Source: Diplonema japonicum (lineage: Eukaryota; Protista; Euglenozoa: Diplonemea). From it: 64,000 bases of DNA. Numbering within the stretch: position 1 is the first letter of the stretch; the number at the start of each line of letters is the position of its first letter. Shown here piece by piece: positions 38,515 through 52,547 of this stretch. The notes beneath the pieces are model-generated. The model was given only the letters and a program-made list of their open reading frames with translations, had not been told where the DNA came from and did no database searches. The translations under genes and the position numbers were made by a program. The DNA lies in NCBI GenBank assembly GCA_964019335.1, contig OZ025686.1, positions 372,001 through 436,000 of the forward strand. The letters run 5' to 3'.

Positions 38515-41500
38515 CTAGCACGGAGCGTTGGCAGGGAAGAGGTAGCAGTGGAACTGCGTGTCCTCCGTGTACAGCTTGCGCCCAGCAGAGATGACTTGCC
38601 CGTTGACCTGTGACTTCTCGAGCTCTATCCTGACCCTCTCGTCTTGCGTGATGAGGGTCCCGTGCAAGGTCACGTTCTTCAGGAGCATGTGGGTGTCACG
38701 GTAGCCCTTCCAGTTGGAGTGCCAGTGCCAGGCGTGGTGCACGTGGCGGTGCCAGTGGTGCCAGCCCCACCAGTGGTGGATGTACCTGCACTCCCTCTCC
38801 CTGTGCCAATCGCTGTGGCTCTCGCAGAGCTGCTTCATGTTGTAGATGGTGAAGGGAGCCCCGAGGGACCTCCCCTCGAAGACGGTGTCCCTCAGGGTGT
38901 CCAGCCTGTGGTCCAGGTGTCCGTACTCGATGTTCATGATGACCCAACCGGAGGCCCGCACCGTCATCACGGGCTTCGGGTCCGTCCTCCACACGTCGTT
39001 GTGGTGCTTGTGGTTGCGCCAGTGGTCCCAGCCCCACCAGCTGTGGTGCACCGGGTGCGGGGTCGGGATGAGCCACTCGTTCCCCGAGACCGAGAATACA
39101 TTGTACAGGTCGCCGTCCCCCTCCAGCAGCATGTTCTCGTTGCTGTCGATCGTGGCCCTCGTCGTCGTGTTGGGGGTCAGCATGTCGACCACGCAGAGGG
39201 ACTGGTTCTGGTCGGGGCAGGTGATCTTCATGGCCCCCGTGCGGAGGGGCGGGAGGTTCAGGAGCGCCTCCGAGAAGTCCGTGATGTTGTCGGCTGCGCT
39301 GCTGTCCCCGAGCTCCTGCACCGGCATCCCGCAGTGGTCCGTCAGCGGCTCCGCGATCCCCGCGACCACCTTTTCAGCGACGCTCCTCCTCAGCGTCACC
39401 CCCTCAACCGAGCCAACGTCGCCGACGGTGGTGTTCTCCATGTGCACGTCGCGACGGAGAAGGCTTGGAACTGCGTCGCGTTCCCCAGCTCCCCGATCCC
39501 CCCCTGCGAGCGCGGGTGCTGCACGCGCACCACCTGCTCCCAGGTCGCTTCAGTCGTCGCGCAACGGTCGCGCGTCGTCCACCTCCTCGTCACCGCAGCA
39601 AGTCCTTCGCTGCAGCTCTGCGCGTCCGAGTGGAAGCCGAAGGCAACGTCCGCATACTCCAGCTTGATCGGGTAGGACACGAGGTTCAGGGCAGCCATGT
39701 CGGGGTGGGTTGCAATGTCCTCCACGAGGGGGACCCCCGTCACTGCAGGCCCGTAGTCAGACAGGAAGTGCACGAACTGGTCCGCCTCAGGGGTCTCGAT
39801 GAACTCGGGGGCGAACAGGTCCTCCACCGTGATCGTCTGCACGCGCGTTGTCGTCAGGGAATCCGGGTAGGCATCGAAGTCTTCGCCGCAGTCCGCGTAG
39901 TGTGGCTGAACCTTCCAAGTCCGCTTGATCTCCCACACCCCGCAGGAGACCAAAACGGGCGCCGCGTCCCGGAAGGGGATGCTGAGGGGCGTCCCGCAGT
40001 AGGCAGCCCCGGTAGGCCTCCCCAGCCCGCTGTCCGGGCGGAGCGAGTGCGTCGTGTTGATCGTGGTGTTCGCGGGGAAGGTCACGAAGCGTGGCGGTTC
40101 GGAGTACACCTGCTCCTTGTAAGCGACCGTCGGGTCGGGGTGCTTCCTCCTGCACCCGTCCTCCGTCCACGGGGCGTCCTCGCACGCGTGCGTCGCATTC
40201 GGCGAGTGGTCCAGCGGCCTGAAGTCCTTCGCACCCCCGACCACCTCCTTCCCCGCGTGGCACACGTCAGGGAGCTGGCTGATCCCCACCCAGTAGGCGA
40301 ACACCTGATCCCCGGGGACCCACCGCTGCGTCTCCCTCAAGACTGTCGGCGGATGCTGCACCTTCACCGTCTGCTGGAAGCTCCTGCTGTTCCCGCACCT
40401 GTCGGTCGTGGTCCAGTTTCTCGTGTGCTGCGCGAGCCCGCGGTCCCTGCAGGTCGGTTCGTCCTCCAGGTGCACAGACTGCCTCGTCATCGGGCCGTCA
40501 ACCGAGGTCGTCGTCGTCGGCTCCGACACGAGGTCCATCCCCGCGAAGTCCGGGTGCGTCTGTTCCTCCGTCAGAGGGATCGGGTTCACAGACCTGAAGT
40601 TCTCGAAGAAGGGAACCTCCACCATCTCCTCGGGAGTGTAGGTGAAGACAGGCGCCGTCTCGTCCGTGACGTAGATCGTCTGCACCCTGCTGCTGCTCTC
40701 CGCATAGGTCCCGGTGCACACCTGTTCGGAGAAGTAGGGGGTGATCGTCCACTTCCTCTCGATCGTCCACTTCCCGCACTCCCCCTCCACGGGCTTCGGC
40801 TCGCCGTCCACGGAGAAGATGTCGAACTCCTGTTTGCAGGGGGACTCTCCCTCCGCGATCCCCAGCACCTCCGGGTCCAGGGTCTGCTGCGTGGTGATGT
40901 GCGCGTCCGATGGGAAAGAGGAGAAGGCGGGCGGGGCCGGTTCCACCGTCACGATCTGCTTCACCTCGTCCGAGCGGCCTCCGCACGCGGGGTTGTCGTG
41001 CAGCTGCCACACGACCTCCAAGTAGTAGGTCCCGCAGATCCTGTCCGGGAACTGCGCCGCGGGGAGCGTCTTCTTCCTCAGCATCACCACCACTGCCCCC
41101 GCCGTGCACGCGGGGTCGATGTACACGGGCCGCGGCTTCAGGCTGTGCAGGTTGATCGGCTGGTCGCAACGGAACGTGTACGAGGTCGCGCCCCCGAGGA
41201 TCGGCCGCTGCCGCGTCACCAGCCCCGCCTCGCTGCTGATCTCCGACCCCATGCCCCCTTGCTTCTCCAACGCCCTGTCCTTCATCGCCCGCACCATCCT
41301 GTTCTTCGTGTTCTCCACACTCGACTCGTAGCTCGCCCTCGACGTGAAGTCGAACGGCATGTCCTTCAAGGACACCGCCTGCTCTCCACCCGACAGCCAT
41401 CCTCCACTCCCCCTCCCCCCGTACTGCCTCACCCCACCGTTGAAGGTCCCCGCCACCGCCGCCTCGTTCGACCCAAACGGCACCGACAGGGTCGACTCCT

Positions 41501-44500
41501 GCAGCGACGGTCTCGGCACTGAAACCCCCGCGCTGATCCTCAGCAGCCCCGGGTTGATCGTCTTCGAGGCGTCGATGATGGCCCTCTTCTTCGCCATCTT
41601 CACAGATTCCGTCTTCACGTCGGCAGCCGCGAGAGACACATCTTCCATGCACTTCGGCTCCGCGAACTTCGACCCCGACTTCGTCTTGCAGGTCTTCCCA
41701 AACCGGCACCACCCGTGGCACCAGCACTCCCTCCACTGCTCCTTCACGTACTTGCACCCGTATGTGTTCTTGCCCCCTGCATCCACGATCTTGTGCCCCT
41801 CCGTGTTGTAGATCCCGATCGAGCTCCCGAAAGACTTCCCCGCCCCTTCGAAGTCTCCGTCCAGAAGCTTCTCACCCACCTCCACGATCTTCCCCAGGAC
41901 CGGTACTTCCTTCAGGGCATTTGTTAGGTCGGCGATCACGTCCTCGATGTTGTCCAGGAAGGCCCCTACCAGGTTCTTGATCCCGCTCAGGGCGTTGTTG
42001 AAGATGTTCTTTATCCCGTTCCACAGCTGCAGCACCTTCCCCTCCACGAAGTTCCACGCCTGCGTCGCCACCCTCGCCACCTCCCTCACCGCCGTGTTTA
42101 TCCCGTTCGCGATCGCCTGTCCCAGGTCCCCCAGGGACACCGACACCGTGATGTCGAACTCCGAGTCCTCGAACCTCGGGGCCACCACCGCGTGCCCGCT
42201 CACAGTCGTCTTCACGAGCGCCCCATCCAGCGTCACCTCGAAGTCGATTTCGTTCCCGTTCACCTCCACCTTCGCCGCGAGGTTCACCACGAACAGCACC
42301 TGGATCTTGCAGTCGAAGATGGCGTACGGCACGGGGCGGCTTAGCTCGTACATGAAGATCACCTGCTTGATCTTCACCACATCCAAGAAGTTCATGTCCC
42401 GCAGCTCCATCTTGAAGAAGGTGAGGTCCCAGTTCCAGGTCACGTTCACGTTCGAGGACAGAGCCCCGTCGAACAGGCTGATCGCCGACGTGTAGGAGAA
42501 GATGTCCGCGTTCAGCGTCACGTTCAACATCCCGTACGCCTTCAGCATCGGGATGTCGAAGGCCCCGCCGATGTCGATCAGAGCGCTCGGCATGGGCGCC
42601 ACCCGCAGGTCCACCAGGAACTTCGCCCCTCCCACCGCCACCTTGTTCTCCAGACGGTTCCCGATCCGCATCTGGAACCCGTCTCCGATCTCCAGGTCCA
42701 CGGGGTCCATCCAGGCGTCGATGTAGAGGCGCGTCTTGCTCACCGCGAGGTTCATCGCGATCTCCCAGCCGAGGAAATTCAGGCGCCCTTGCAGGGCGAC
42801 CCCCGCCGGGATCACCACGTTCCCGCTCCGGAAGGCCAGCCGCTGCTCCTTGATCGGGCTGTAGGAGAGGAAGGCGAAGCACTCCAGGTCCAGGTCCTGC
42901 GCTGTCTTGTTCACGAAGCCGTCCAGCTGTCCGACACAGCTCGTCTTGTAGTCTTGGTCAAAGGGGTAGATTCCGGACTCCGCGAGCTTCCCCGGAATCG
43001 ACACCGTGTCCAGGGCCGGCACATACTCCGACACGAGGTCGATGACCCCGCCGATCGTGAGCTCCGACACCATCGCGATGAAGAAGTTGTCCTCGGGGAG
43101 GGTCGCGCTCACCCCGACGTAGGTGCGCCCCTCGAGGAAGGGGTCCGTGTTCGTCTTGCAGTTGTCCTCCTTCCCCAGGCAGACAGCGCCCCCGAGGGTG
43201 TACCCGGTAGGGAGCGGAAGCTTCAGATCCCACTCCGCTCCGAGCGTGATGTCCCCGATGTGCAGGAAGGGGAGCCCCAGGGCGCGGTACCACCACCCGT
43301 CCATCGTGAGGGTCCCGCGCACCATCTGCGCCCCCGCAGCCACCACCAGCGACAGGTCCCCGATGAGGTACAGGAAGTAGCGATTCGCGTAGTCCTCGTC
43401 ACACCGCTCCACGCAGATCTTCAGCGGAAGGTTCACCCCGAGGGTCTGGATTGGGAGGCCCCCGACGAACACGTACTCGAACTGGATGTAGATGCTCATC
43501 CCGAGCGTCCCCGCCGTATTCACGACAGCGAAGTTGCTCTCCGACGTGTCCCCCTCCGTCCCCACACGCAGCTCCAGCACCACCGACCCGGCAAACTGAA
43601 GCTCCGCACTCGCCGACACCCGGAAGTTCCCCGCCACGTCTGCGATCACCTCCAGGAAGCCCCCCTCCATCACGTCCGGGAGCTTCGGTGACCCGATTGC
43701 GTACAGCTTCACCCCCGTCGTCGTTGCTGCCAGAGCGAGCTTTGTGTCTTGGATCCCGAACGACAACACGGGAGACATGATCGTGTCCAGGGCGGTCGCT
43801 ACCTTTTCGTCGAAGTTGCTCGTCACCAGGTAGGCCACGTTCGCCACCGTGATCTGGTCCACCCACACCCCAGCCTCCACCCCGTTGCACGTGGCGGGTT
43901 GTCCGATGACCCCGGTCCCCGAGATCGATGTTGTTGGTGTCGGGTTGCTGCACTCCCCGAGACAGAAGGGCATCGCTATCTCACCCTCTTCCACCACCGG
44001 CTTCAAGAGCTTTAAAAAGTCGCTGAGATCTGTCGCCGCGTCCAGAAGCTCTCTGCCGCCGGTGCCGGTGCTGCTCGTGTGCGCGTTGCTTGAGGTACTC
44101 TTCGGCTGCGGGCACGAATCCGCATCGAAGAGCAACCCGTTCTCCTCGTTCGAGTCGTCCAGTGTCGCCGCAAACCCGAAGCTGAAACCCATCCCGGACC
44201 ACTTGTTCCCCAACGCGTCCGTGGAGGCAGCCGCTTTCTGATTCCTCCAGTCCGCCGCGAAACGCTGCCTTGACTTCTTCACCAGCTCCTGCAGCCCGTC
44301 GATCGCCCTGTATATCGCGGCCAGCCCTCCCTTGGTCGACGGTGCGCTCGTCGGGATCTCCACAGATTTCACGGTCAGTCCGAAGCCCCCGAACTTCACA
44401 TCCCCCCACCAGGTCTCGCTGTCCACGACCTCAAAGCACCTCCAGTGCGGGTGCGTCAGCACGATTGTCAGCCCCTCGATCCCGGTGGCCACCTGCACGA

Positions 44501-45569
44501 TGTTTGGCATGTCTATCCCGACCGTGAAGGCGAAGCCACTGTAGGCCCCGGCGTTCGCAAACCACTCCACCGAGAGCGCCACCTCGAAATTCGCGTTCGC
44601 GAAGAAACCCTTCTTCGCTCCCGGAGGCGGCGAGGTTCGTTCAGAGAGCACCTCTGCCTCCCTCCCCGCAACTGACTCATCCACACATGTCCTGTTCCTG
44701 CACACCTCGTTTAACGCGCACTGGTCGTCGATGTCGCAGCGAAGTGGTGGGGCAGGGGTGGCGGGGGCTGAAGTGGGGGCAGCTGTAGGGACAGAGGTCG
44801 GTACTGAGGTAGGAACCGAAGTCGGCACGGAGGTAGGGACAGATGTAGGGACAGACGTGGGTCTCTCATAGTTCAAGCCAACGCCCCAGCCAAGGCCGAC
44901 CCCTCCGAAGAAGTCGATCGACGGGTTTGCAGTGTCCACTCCGATGCTCGCGGCGATCCCCGCCGAGGGGCTGAACGAGTAGCCGTTGCGTTGCAAGAGC
45001 GGGTAGGAGAGGCTGAAGTCTATCGTCACCGTGAAAAGCGGGCACTCGAACGCCGTCTGCCCACAGTCCCGCCCGTCCAGAGACCGCGCCACACGCTTCC
45101 TTCCCAACATGTAGTTCTCCTGTGCTTCCAGAAGCAGGGCCTTCCTGCTGGTCGACGAGGAAGATGCGTTGCACTGCCCGGCGAAGGCGCGGATCTGCGG
45201 CTTCAACATGTTCCCAAGGTTCGAGAGCTCGTCTGTGAAGGTGTCTATGTCGTCCCTTTCGAAGAAGGCCATCATCTCGTCGGCTCCGGACACCGCCTTG
45301 TCCTTCAGGGTGTTCAGCTGTTCTAGGTTCTCCGCCATCGCCTCCACCTCCTTCTTCACCCCGAGGGCTTCCACCAGCTCCTTCCCCCTGTTTGTCAGGA
45401 TGCTCGCCACCGTCCCCCTGTACTCCTCCACCGTGTCCACCAGCGAGGACGCCAGCGAGAACACTGTCAGCGGTTCGGAGGTTGTTGTCGTCGTCGGAGC
45501 CTGTGCCCCTGCCCCCGCCAACAGGGCTGCACTCCACAACAGGAGCGTCGTAGTGCGGCCTGTCGCCAT
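38515..45569 (-). CDS. Giant secreted/surface protein (PTSV repeats, Cys motif, HYR-like repeats, C-terminal choice-of-anchor-A-like domain); split by a 1-nt frameshift near 39452
   Basis: Signal peptide; repeats C..W...R.W...D.CG...Q...V...P.F...P; the 2057 aa and 310 aa ORFs overlap and join if GTCGCGAC is read as GTC GGC GAC; GC-rich and intronless. Confidence 0.8.
44790..44862 (-). repeat. 12-nt coding minisatellite (PTSV)x5-6, mucin-like linker
   Basis: Translated PTSVPTSVPTSVPTSVPTSVPT with synonymous variation. Confidence 0.8.
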
Positions 45570-45918
45570 GTGAGCAAAGGATTTCCTTCTTTTCCTTTTA
45601 TCTTCTTGTAGTGTATGCGAAACCTGTTGGTGTGAACAAAGAGAGAACTATAGCAAATAAGGGAAAGAATAACAATGTTAGTATTCCAGAGTTAACACTG
45701 CTGGTTTGCGGAGGTAAAGGGGAGAAAAACGACTTTGTACCATGAAACCTCCCCACAGAATAGTGCTTGGGGAAGGGTAGCAGGAGTGGGACCCAAGACA
45801 TAAATAAATGCTGTTCCCTTTGTCTCCCTTCCTTCCAGGACGTTTCTTTGCTTGGTTTATTCGTTTCTCTTTACCCCCCCTTTTTTTTTTAATATTCTCC
45901 AAGAAGAACAAACAAGAG

Positions 45919-45949
<31 letters not shown>

Positions 45950-45993
45950 GTATTACTTTGGGTGTCCTTTTTTTTTTCCCTTCGAGATAAGGT

Positions 45994-46653
45994 TTAAGCC
46001 TTGTAGACGGAGAAGACACCCTCCTTCTTTGCGTAGTGGGCCTTCACCACCGGGATGTTTGCAATCTTCTTGGTGTGTGCGGTGATGTTCTTGAAGGGGG
46101 CGAGGCAGTCGGTGGGGTAGCCGTCGAACTGCCCGCTCCTGAAGATGTTGGGCCAGGCGAAGACAGCGGCGTCGGCGAGGGTGAGGTGGTCCCCGACTGC
46201 GAACCCGGAGGGGTTCTTCCCGATCAACTCGTCGATGAAGGTGAGCCACTTGAAGGCGTCGCCGCCCTCCGCCACAGAGGCTGCCCTGAAGGCCTCCCTC
46301 TCAGCTCCCTCGGGGACACCGAAGCTCTTGATGAGGGGACCGAACACCTCTCCAACCATGTCCACCATCTCGTCCACGCGGAGGGCAGCAAGCGGGCACT
46401 CCGGGTACAGGGGCTTCCCCTCGAACGAAGACTTCTTCGCCGCCCACCTCGCCATCGCCACGCTCTGCGATACCTGCACACCGTCCAACTCCATCAGAGG
46501 AAGCTGCTTGGGGGCAACCGTCGGCTTCATCTTCCCCCACGACTCTCCGGTCAGGATCTCATCCTCGAAGGGCACTCCCCCGACCATCAGGCAGAACCGG
46601 GTCGGCTCCAACCTCCCCGCAATGTCGAAGTAGGTGAGCTTCACAGACGGCAT
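45994..46653 (-). CDS. Glutathione S-transferase (sigma-like), copy 2
   Basis: Protein identical to copy 1; differs at one synonymous site and the stop codon as far as seen. Confidence 0.93.
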   Translation of the reverse strand: MPSVKLTYFDIAGRLEPTRFCLMVGGVPFEDEILTGESWGKMKPTVAPKQLPLMELDGVQVSQSVAMARWAAKKSSFEGKPLYPECPLAALRVDEMVDMVGEVFGPLIKSFGVPEGAEREAFRAASVAEGGDAFKWLTFIDELIGKNPSGFAVGDHLTLADAAVFAWPNIFRSGQFDGYPTDCLAPFKNITAHTKKIANIPVVKAHYAKKEGVFSVYKA

Positions 46654-47297
46654 TGTTGTTTTTGTTTTTTTTTAAAGTGTACAAAAAGGCTCTTTGGTAG
46701 TGAAACAAGAGAAGGTGGGGGGTTGCAAGGAGAGTAGCACAATAAATAAGTAAAAGCGCTATATTGACCACAGCCGTTTGAAACGTGTTGCTTATTGCCC
46801 TGAAAAAGAAGTAAAGAAAATACCAATAGGGAAAGAGGCCTATTTAAAGAAAAATGACGGGGGGGGTTGTGGAAACAATCCCTTCTTCTAAAAAAAAAGA
46901 AAAAAAGAAGAAGAAAAAAAGAGACATTTAAGGGTACCTGGGCAGGACGCCTGAAGAGTCTCAATCTATCTCTTGATCAAACCTTTCTGCTGTGGTGGTG
47001 GCCTTCGGCCCCTCGCTCAACCTCCTCGGTACCTAAGGTATAAACCCTCAACCGAGTTGGTAAGATCACAAAAGTTGTACAGGTGTCGAGGAGTCGGTGC
47101 TTGTCACAGACAGAAGCCAGGCGAAAATTCGGATTTCCAGGAAAAAAAAACAGTTCTAATTAAATACAGACGACGTTTTTTTTTTTTTTTTTTTTTTTTT
47201 GTTACAAAAATATAATATTCCACCATAATATTCATTTCAAAAGAAGAAAAAAAAGATTTTATTTAGCCTCATGCTTGTGCCGAAGCAAAGAGAGTTC

Positions 47298-47333
<36 letters not shown>

Positions 47334-47724
47334 TCAATTTTTTTTGTTACAATTACTTATCTTTCAAAAAATGATTTTATAACTATGCAACTTGTGCCGA
47401 GCAAAAAAAAACTTTCGCAGCTTTTTTCAAAAGCTTTTTTTTACTCGTGCGAACAACGAAGACAAATAGTCATAAAGAATTTTTTTTTTAAAAAAAAAAA
47501 AAGCTTTTTTACTTACGCGAACAACGAATAACATAAGTCATAAATGAAATCATTTTTTTCCTTGTTTTTTTTTCCCCCCCTGCTTTTTTTTTCAACAACA
47601 ACAAAAAAAGAAAAAAAAGAAAAAAAGAGAGAAAAAAATACCATATAAAGGGGACAGCGAACTGATGATATCAGTCTTTTTTTTTTTTTTTTTTTTTTCT
47701 TCCCTTCCCAAAAAAAAAAAAGTA

Positions 47725-50078
47725 CTATCCATCCAAGTTCGGGGTCCCTTGTTTTAAATACCGCTGGAAGCTCGGCTGCTTCATATTGGAGGAGCTCCTC
47801 ACAGAGTTTGTTGTTGAGTTTGATGGGCTGCTTTTTGAACTCTTCGAATCGCTGCTGCTGAGAACAGTTTCTATCGCGCTGCTTCGGTTGGAAAATCGTT
47901 TGCTTCCGAAAGTGGGCATGCATTGTACTAAATCATCATCGGGCAGTTGTATTGAAAGATTGTTCGGCCGTTGTCGAGTCGAGGCGATTTTTCTAAAACT
48001 AGTTGGTCCTAGATTACCCGAGCTAAGTGAATGGGATGGTGAAAGGTAGTGTTGGTTCGGCGAGTTCGCAGCCCGAGAGCCCCGAGAACTCCTTGAGTGA
48101 GACGTTGCAACTGACATTCTAGAAGACTGCCGTCGTATCCCCCCTGGTTTTTCAACCCCGCCTTCCCGTGAAGGCTTTTCCCGCGCCTTCCCACCTTCAC
48201 CCGTAGACTGTCCGAACAAGAACGAACCCAACGTAATACCATCATCTTGCAGCATCATCGACATTAAGCTTTGCCGCCGCTCTTCATAATTTGACACATC
48301 GCTCCGCATCCTTCCTTTAGAATACCGCCTGACGTACGACACCTTTGTAATAAAACCCTCTTTGGATTCGTCTGGTTCGATTTCTACATTTTCCCGTATG
48401 TAGTTGTCGATGATGGAGCCGAGGGTGGGGTGTTCTAAAAGACATTTCTCGAAACCCCATTTCGGCAACACGAAAAGCATGACTGGGGAAGCGGTTGTGA
48501 CGGTGACGTCTCGCTTCACGTTCGTCACCAAAGCCAGCTCACCGAAGTGGCTTCCAGGGAGAAGGACTTGTATGCTGTCGTTGTCGAGCTTCACGTGCAG
48601 CTCACCGGATTGTAAAATCAGCATTTCCGCACCAATATCGTTCTTCTTGATGATGTCGATCCCTTCTAAAAAGACCTTCGGGACCAGCTCCACCATGAGC
48701 CGGTCCAACAACTGAGTGTCCGCGTTTCTAAAAATCGGTACCTTGGCAAATGTGGCGCGGGCCATCTCCTGGCTCACCTTGTACTGTAGGTCCTCTGGGA
48801 GGTCATCCAACAACGACGTCGCACCCACAGTTCCAGCAACCTTGAAAACTTGAAGATAGTATTTCTTGCACTCCTCTTGAAGACTCTTTGGTAGTGACAT
48901 GCTAGCCAGAGAATCTGTAACCTCATCTAACTTCTTCGCAAGCCGTGCCTGTGCGCTGTTGGACGACATGTCTGTGATGAGCGTTGACACCGTACCCAGT
49001 AAGCTGGTGTACATTGCTAGCCCTGCAATGGCTATACCGAGCATCAGGGCTGTTTGCACGTCTGACTCTGGGAAAACAGATAGAGACCCATACCCGCAGA
49101 GGTGTTTGATAGACCACTCGACACCCGTAAGGTACAGTGTGAAACCATTCGCGTTATTGAAATCGTACCGGAGCAAAGCGTTTACATTGGAGTTCCGCCC
49201 TGTCTCGTACGAGAGCACCATGTACCAACAGCAGGCGGAGGTGTGTGTCATCCCAAGGAAGAACAATATGTTCTGAAGAAGACGGGTGACAAGAGGCGAC
49301 ATTTGATGAACAAGAGAAAGATTGTCAATCACAACATCGAACCTATACCCGAGACAGCAAAGACCAACGAACTTAGTGACAAGCGGGTAAGGCATCCCGC
49401 CGAAAAGAAGCCACACTAAACAGCCGGTGGGGATGGCGGCAGCGATGCTGTATATGACCCACGCCGACCCGCGGCCTTGGGGATGCTTCGTGGAATGTTT
49501 GGAGAAATCGACAAGGTTGAAATTTTTGGCCTCCCAGACGAGACCCGCTATGTTGATGAAATCAAGTGAGAACTCGATGATTTCCCATCCAAGGTCATAC
49601 GCAGGGTTCACAAGCACACGGTACGTCACATTGAGGTACTGCACTACCGTCACCATGATCATCACCACAGAGTACCAGAAGTAAAGTGCTGCTCCGGTTT
49701 CCAAGCTTTTCACTGCATTTTTTTTTTTCGATACCACACTTGTTACTGATGAAGATGAAGATGATGAAGATGGTAAAGTAGCGCTCGATGTACGAGATGT
49801 TGTTGCACTGGGCTTTCTCTTCTGGACATGGGTCACACGGGGCGTTGGGGGTGCCAGTCTTGAAGGCACCTTCGTCAGTCCAGGAACAGGAAAGGGATAC
49901 ACACTGCTATTGCTGCTTTCATTCAGTTCCTCGAACTCAGCTGTGAAGAGATGCGACCCAGGGACCTTTTGGTTTTTTTTTTCTCTCTCCCCCACAACGG
50001 TTTTAAACACACCTTCTGCTTGGGGCTCAAAAGCTCCGACGAGCGCAATGACAACGTAGAGTCTGCTTGCAAAAGCAT
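47725..50078 (-). CDS. Cyclic-nucleotide-binding (CNG/KCNH-like) cation channel; probable short first exon
   Basis: TM helices, H..ACCWY, pore GYG, C-linker LLDDLPEDL, CNBD VPIF..GSHFGELAL...KR..TV; GTGTGT..AAAAG intron near 49966-50012. Confidence 0.85.
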
Positions 50079-50434
50079 TCCCAGGGAATGCCCTGCGGCT
50101 GCTGCGTTCCCTCCGCAATTTTATTTTTGTTTCTTGTCCCCCTCCCTTTTTTTTTTTTTTTTTAAACAATGAGTGAATTATTAACAAAGGAAAAGAAAAG
50201 AAACGAAAAAATGAGGGGGGTGAAGTGGGGATAACATGGAGCATGGGGAGAGAGGCAAAGAAGAGAAAAAAAAACGGGACAAGTGGGACAAAAAAAAGAA
50301 AATGGGGACACATAAGGGAGTATTTTTTTTTTTCCTTTTGAGAAATCTTTCACTTCTCATTAGGTTTGTGCTGGGGAGGGGGGAGGGGGGGTTTAAAAAA
50401 TTTCTTTCAATTTCTGTTCTAAAAATCTAAAAAC

Positions 50435-51832
<1,398 letters not shown>

Positions 51833-52332
51833 CTAGAAGAGGGGGAAAAAAAAAAAAGAAGAATGACTTTGGTTGCTTATAAACCGCCTGGCGTACAAGC
51901 AACTGCTTAAAAAACCGTTCTATTATAAAAAAAAAGGGGGCGAGGACAGAGGGGTTGTGGAGAACGGAGAAAAAAAAAAATAGGAAGATCAAATAACGAG
52001 ACATATTTAAAAATAAAACCCCTTCTCCCTCTCTATTCCGCTTCCTTATCGAAAAGGGTCAAAGGGGGGGGGGGGGGGGGGGGAAGGCGGAATGGACACC
52101 GAAAATGAAAAAAGAAGAGGGGAAAAAGAAAACTACAGACACTGCATATTTTTCGAGGTTGCCTCACCGTTGAGTGCTGGGAAGTAATCCTTGATCATAC
52201 TTTCCGTAGAAGGTGGACAATCTATAATTTGAAATCCAGTATGGCGGATACGAAATTGACTTTGATTTCTATTGTTTCAGACACAAGGAGGAGTTTCAAA
52301 AATCCAAGTCTATTTTTTTTTTTCGCATTTGT

Positions 52333-52363
<31 letters not shown>

Positions 52364-52547
52364 CTTGAAAAAAGAAAAAAAGAAGAAGAATACAGAAGTT
52401 AATAAAACCGACGGGGTATCAAAAAAAAAAAAACTATCCTTCCACCATGGGAAAGGGCGAACATGGAGGGAGACACTGAAAAAGCAAAAAAAAAAAAAAA
52501 AACCCCTTTTTTTTCCATCCCCCCCCCCGCCCCTTTTGCCCGAACTA

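Noticed and set aside
38644-45573. Long + strand ORFs (e.g. 685 aa, 343 aa) and similar ones opposite tubulin and GST
   Set aside because: Antisense shadows of GC3-rich genes; no recognisable domains
52140-52310. Higher-complexity island upstream of tubulin as a small gene or ncRNA
   Set aside because: No convincing ORF, boxes or recognisable structure
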